A stretch of 27,158 nt of DNA from a virus (taxonomy: Duplodnaviria > Caudoviricetes). A model generated the notes under the pieces. That model was not told the origin of the DNA and searched no databases. It worked only from the letters and a program-made list of their open reading frames with translations. Shown one piece after another: positions 25,456 through 27,158 of the stretch (positions within the stretch are counted from its first letter, which is position 1; each line of letters starts with the position of its first letter). The position numbers and the translations under genes are program-made. Location of the stretch: the IMG/VR virus record IMGVR_UViG_3300029822_000061, positions 1-27,158 of that record; one strand, written 5' to 3'.

Positions 25456-26253
25456 TTGGCAGATGTTAAATGGATAAAAATTGTAACAGATATATTCGAT
25501 GATGAAAAGATACTGCTAATTGAAAGCATACCTGAGGCTGATTCAATTATTGTAATTTGGTTTAAATTGCTTACATTAGCGGGAAAAATAAATAATGGTG
25601 GAGTATTGATGTTTAATGAAAAACTACCCTACACTGACGAAATGCTCGCAACTATATTCAGAAGACCTGTTAATACTGTAAGGCTTGCAATTAACACTTT
25701 TGAAAAATTTGGGATGGTAGAAGTAATAAACAATACAATCACTATACCAAATTGGAGTAAACATCAAACATTAGACCAATTAGAAAACAGAAAAGAGTAC
25801 ATGAGGACCTACATGCAGGAATATAGAGAAAAACAGAAGTTATTAGCAGAGGGTAAAACTAACAGTAAACCTAACAGTAAAGCTAATGTTAACGAGGCAG
25901 AAGGAGATATAGATATAGATAAAGAATTAGATATAGAAGAAGATAAAGATATAAAGAAGAAACCTTCCCCAAAACCCAAAAAACATAAATACGGTGAATA
26001 TAGAAACGTACTTCTTAGTGATGAAGAACTTGAAAAACTTCAAGATGAATTTCCTGAGGATTGGAAATCAAGAATTGAAAGAGTAAGCGAATATTGTGCA
26101 AGCTCAGGCAAGACCTATAAGAATTATTTAGCAACTATAAGAAATTGGGCAAAAAATGAACAGAAAAAACAGTCTAACAAAAATATAAGCAATCCATTTT
26201 TAGAAATACTTCAGGAAGAACTTAAAAAGGAGGCACAGGGTGAAAAAATCTGA
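25456..26253 (+). CDS. Phage replisome organiser (replication initiator)
   Basis: VKWIKIVTDIFDDEKI, IWFKLLTLAG, PYTDEMLA, IPNWSKHQ, C-terminal YKNYLATIRNW. Confidence 0.92.
   Translation: MADVKWIKIVTDIFDDEKILLIESIPEADSIIVIWFKLLTLAGKINNGGVLMFNEKLPYTDEMLATIFRRPVNTVRLAINTFEKFGMVEVINNTITIPNWSKHQTLDQLENRKEYMRTYMQEYREKQKLLAEGKTNSKPNSKANVNEAEGDIDIDKELDIEEDKDIKKKPSPKPKKHKYGEYRNVLLSDEELEKLQDEFPEDWKSRIERVSEYCASSGKTYKNYLATIRNWAKNEQKKQSNKNISNPFLEILQEELKKEAQGEKI
25853..25952. repeat. Candidate replication origin inside the initiator gene
   Basis: Three 12-mers GTAAANCTAAYR (25853-25888), then eight tandem AGA-NNN hexamers, mostly AGATAT/AGATAA (25905-25952). Confidence 0.6.
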
Positions 26254-26776
26254 AACAGTGGCAATAATGGCTATTTTAAAAGAAGCATATCCGATGTATT
26301 ACAAAGATAAAACAAAAGATGAACTAAACACAGCAATTAACTTATGGACTGAAATGTTTGCAGATGATGATGTTAATTTAGTAAAAGCAGCAGTTAAGGC
26401 ATATATAGCAAATGATGTTAAAGGGTTTCCGCCTGTAATCGGGCAGATAAAAGCAAGCCTACATAAAATAACTCAACCGGAGCAACTAACAGAACAGGAA
26501 GCATGGAACTTAATAAGCAGGGCGATTAAAAACAGTGCATATCACGCAACAGAAGAATATCAAAAACTACCTCCGATTATTCAGAAAGTTATAACTCCTG
26601 AACAATTAAAAGAGTGGTCTCAAATGGAAGTTGGGGCGGTTCAATCAGTTGTAGCAAGTAATTTTATGAGAAGTTATAAAGTAAGAGCTGCTAACGAACA
26701 GGAATATCAAAAGCTGCCTATTGACATTAAGGCACTAATAAATAATGTATCGGAAAAATTACGGTTGGAGGGATAG
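26240..26776 (+). CDS. Replicative helicase loader/inhibitor (SPP1 G39P-like N-terminus)
   Basis: AAGGAGG RBS. ETVAIMAILKEAYP, LWTEMF, FPPVIGQIK. Follows the initiator. Confidence 0.85.
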   Translation: MKKSETVAIMAILKEAYPMYYKDKTKDELNTAINLWTEMFADDDVNLVKAAVKAYIANDVKGFPPVIGQIKASLHKITQPEQLTEQEAWNLISRAIKNSAYHATEEYQKLPPIIQKVITPEQLKEWSQMEVGAVQSVVASNFMRSYKVRAANEQEYQKLPIDIKALINNVSEKLRLEG

Positions 26777-27083
26777 TATAAAAGCAATATTTGAAGGAGC
26801 AAGTATAAAGGTATGGTTTAACACATTATCTACATCAAAGAACTTTCATAATGTAGCGGAGATAGTTCAGGAAGGGAATGCAGCATTAATCAAGATGGGA
26901 AACGGAGACCAGCATTTTCTGAATTTCGATAATGTGAACAAGATAGAAGAATTAGAAATGTTGGATATGGACAAGAAGATGCAGGAGCTAAAAGATAATA
27001 TATTGGAAAAACGAGGTATATTTATAGATTATGGCTCATTAAATTCGGTGTTAGAAACTTTACAAGAAATGGAGGACAACTAA
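26745..27083 (+). CDS. Hypothetical protein (start uncertain)
   Basis: Open frame between G39P-like and the last gene. The best SD (GGAGG 26767-26771) points to ATA 26778. Confidence 0.6.
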   Translation: MYRKNYGWRDSIKAIFEGASIKVWFNTLSTSKNFHNVAEIVQEGNAALIKMGNGDQHFLNFDNVNKIEELEMLDMDKKMQELKDNILEKRGIFIDYGSLNSVLETLQEMEDN

Positions 27084-27158
27084 TGCCAAAAGAATTACTA
27101 TTCAGCATCACGAAAAAAGATTTTAAAATCGAAACTATGCGAGGAAGTGGCAACGGTG
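27083..27158 (+). CDS. Partial ORF, probable class I release factor / peptidyl-tRNA hydrolase (GGQ) domain protein
   Basis: GGAGG RBS. MPKELLFSITKKDFKIETMRGSGNG plus a final g matches the lead-in to the R-x-S-G-x-G-G-Q loop. Truncated by the window end. Confidence 0.65.
   Translation, partial: MPKELLFSITKKDFKIETMRGSGNG

Noticed and set aside
498-25529. Minus-strand ORFs in the six-frame track (e.g. 4615-5142, 10415-10744, 25041-25529)
   Set aside because: All are antisense shadows of well-supported + strand genes, with no recognisable motifs.

Overview
The window is about 27 kb of a Bacillota (probably Clostridia-type) siphophage or prophage genome, with every credible gene on the + strand. 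Gene order: terminase small and large subunits, HK97-type portal, ClpP-type prohead protease, HK97-fold capsid, extra head genes, head-tail joining genes, major tail protein, tail chaperones (-1 frameshift), tape measure, tail tip, holins and endolysin, a small self-contained accessory operon, an att-like intergenic region, then early genes (Cro-like, DUF3102, ORF6C-like, Xis-like, 3D-domain, Gp157, ERF, NinB-like, replisome organiser, helicase loader/inhibitor). Main observations: (1) a complete group I intron (10525-11799) interrupts the tape measure gene and carries a GIY-YIG homing endonuclease with its own sigma-A-type promoter. (2) A tail-tip gene looks split by a 1.1-kb three-gene fibre/chaperone cassette bounded by in-register imperfect direct repeats. 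(3) A post-lysin operon with a strong promoter, an acidic orphan and an unannotated ribbon-helix-helix gene has anti-CRISPR/Aca-like architecture. (4) An attP-like site has no integrase or cI repressor next to it. (5) The endolysin fuses M23 and phosphodiester-glycosidase domains. (6) A probable GGQ release-factor-like gene starts at the right edge. All family assignments come from motif recognition by eye; no database searches were run.
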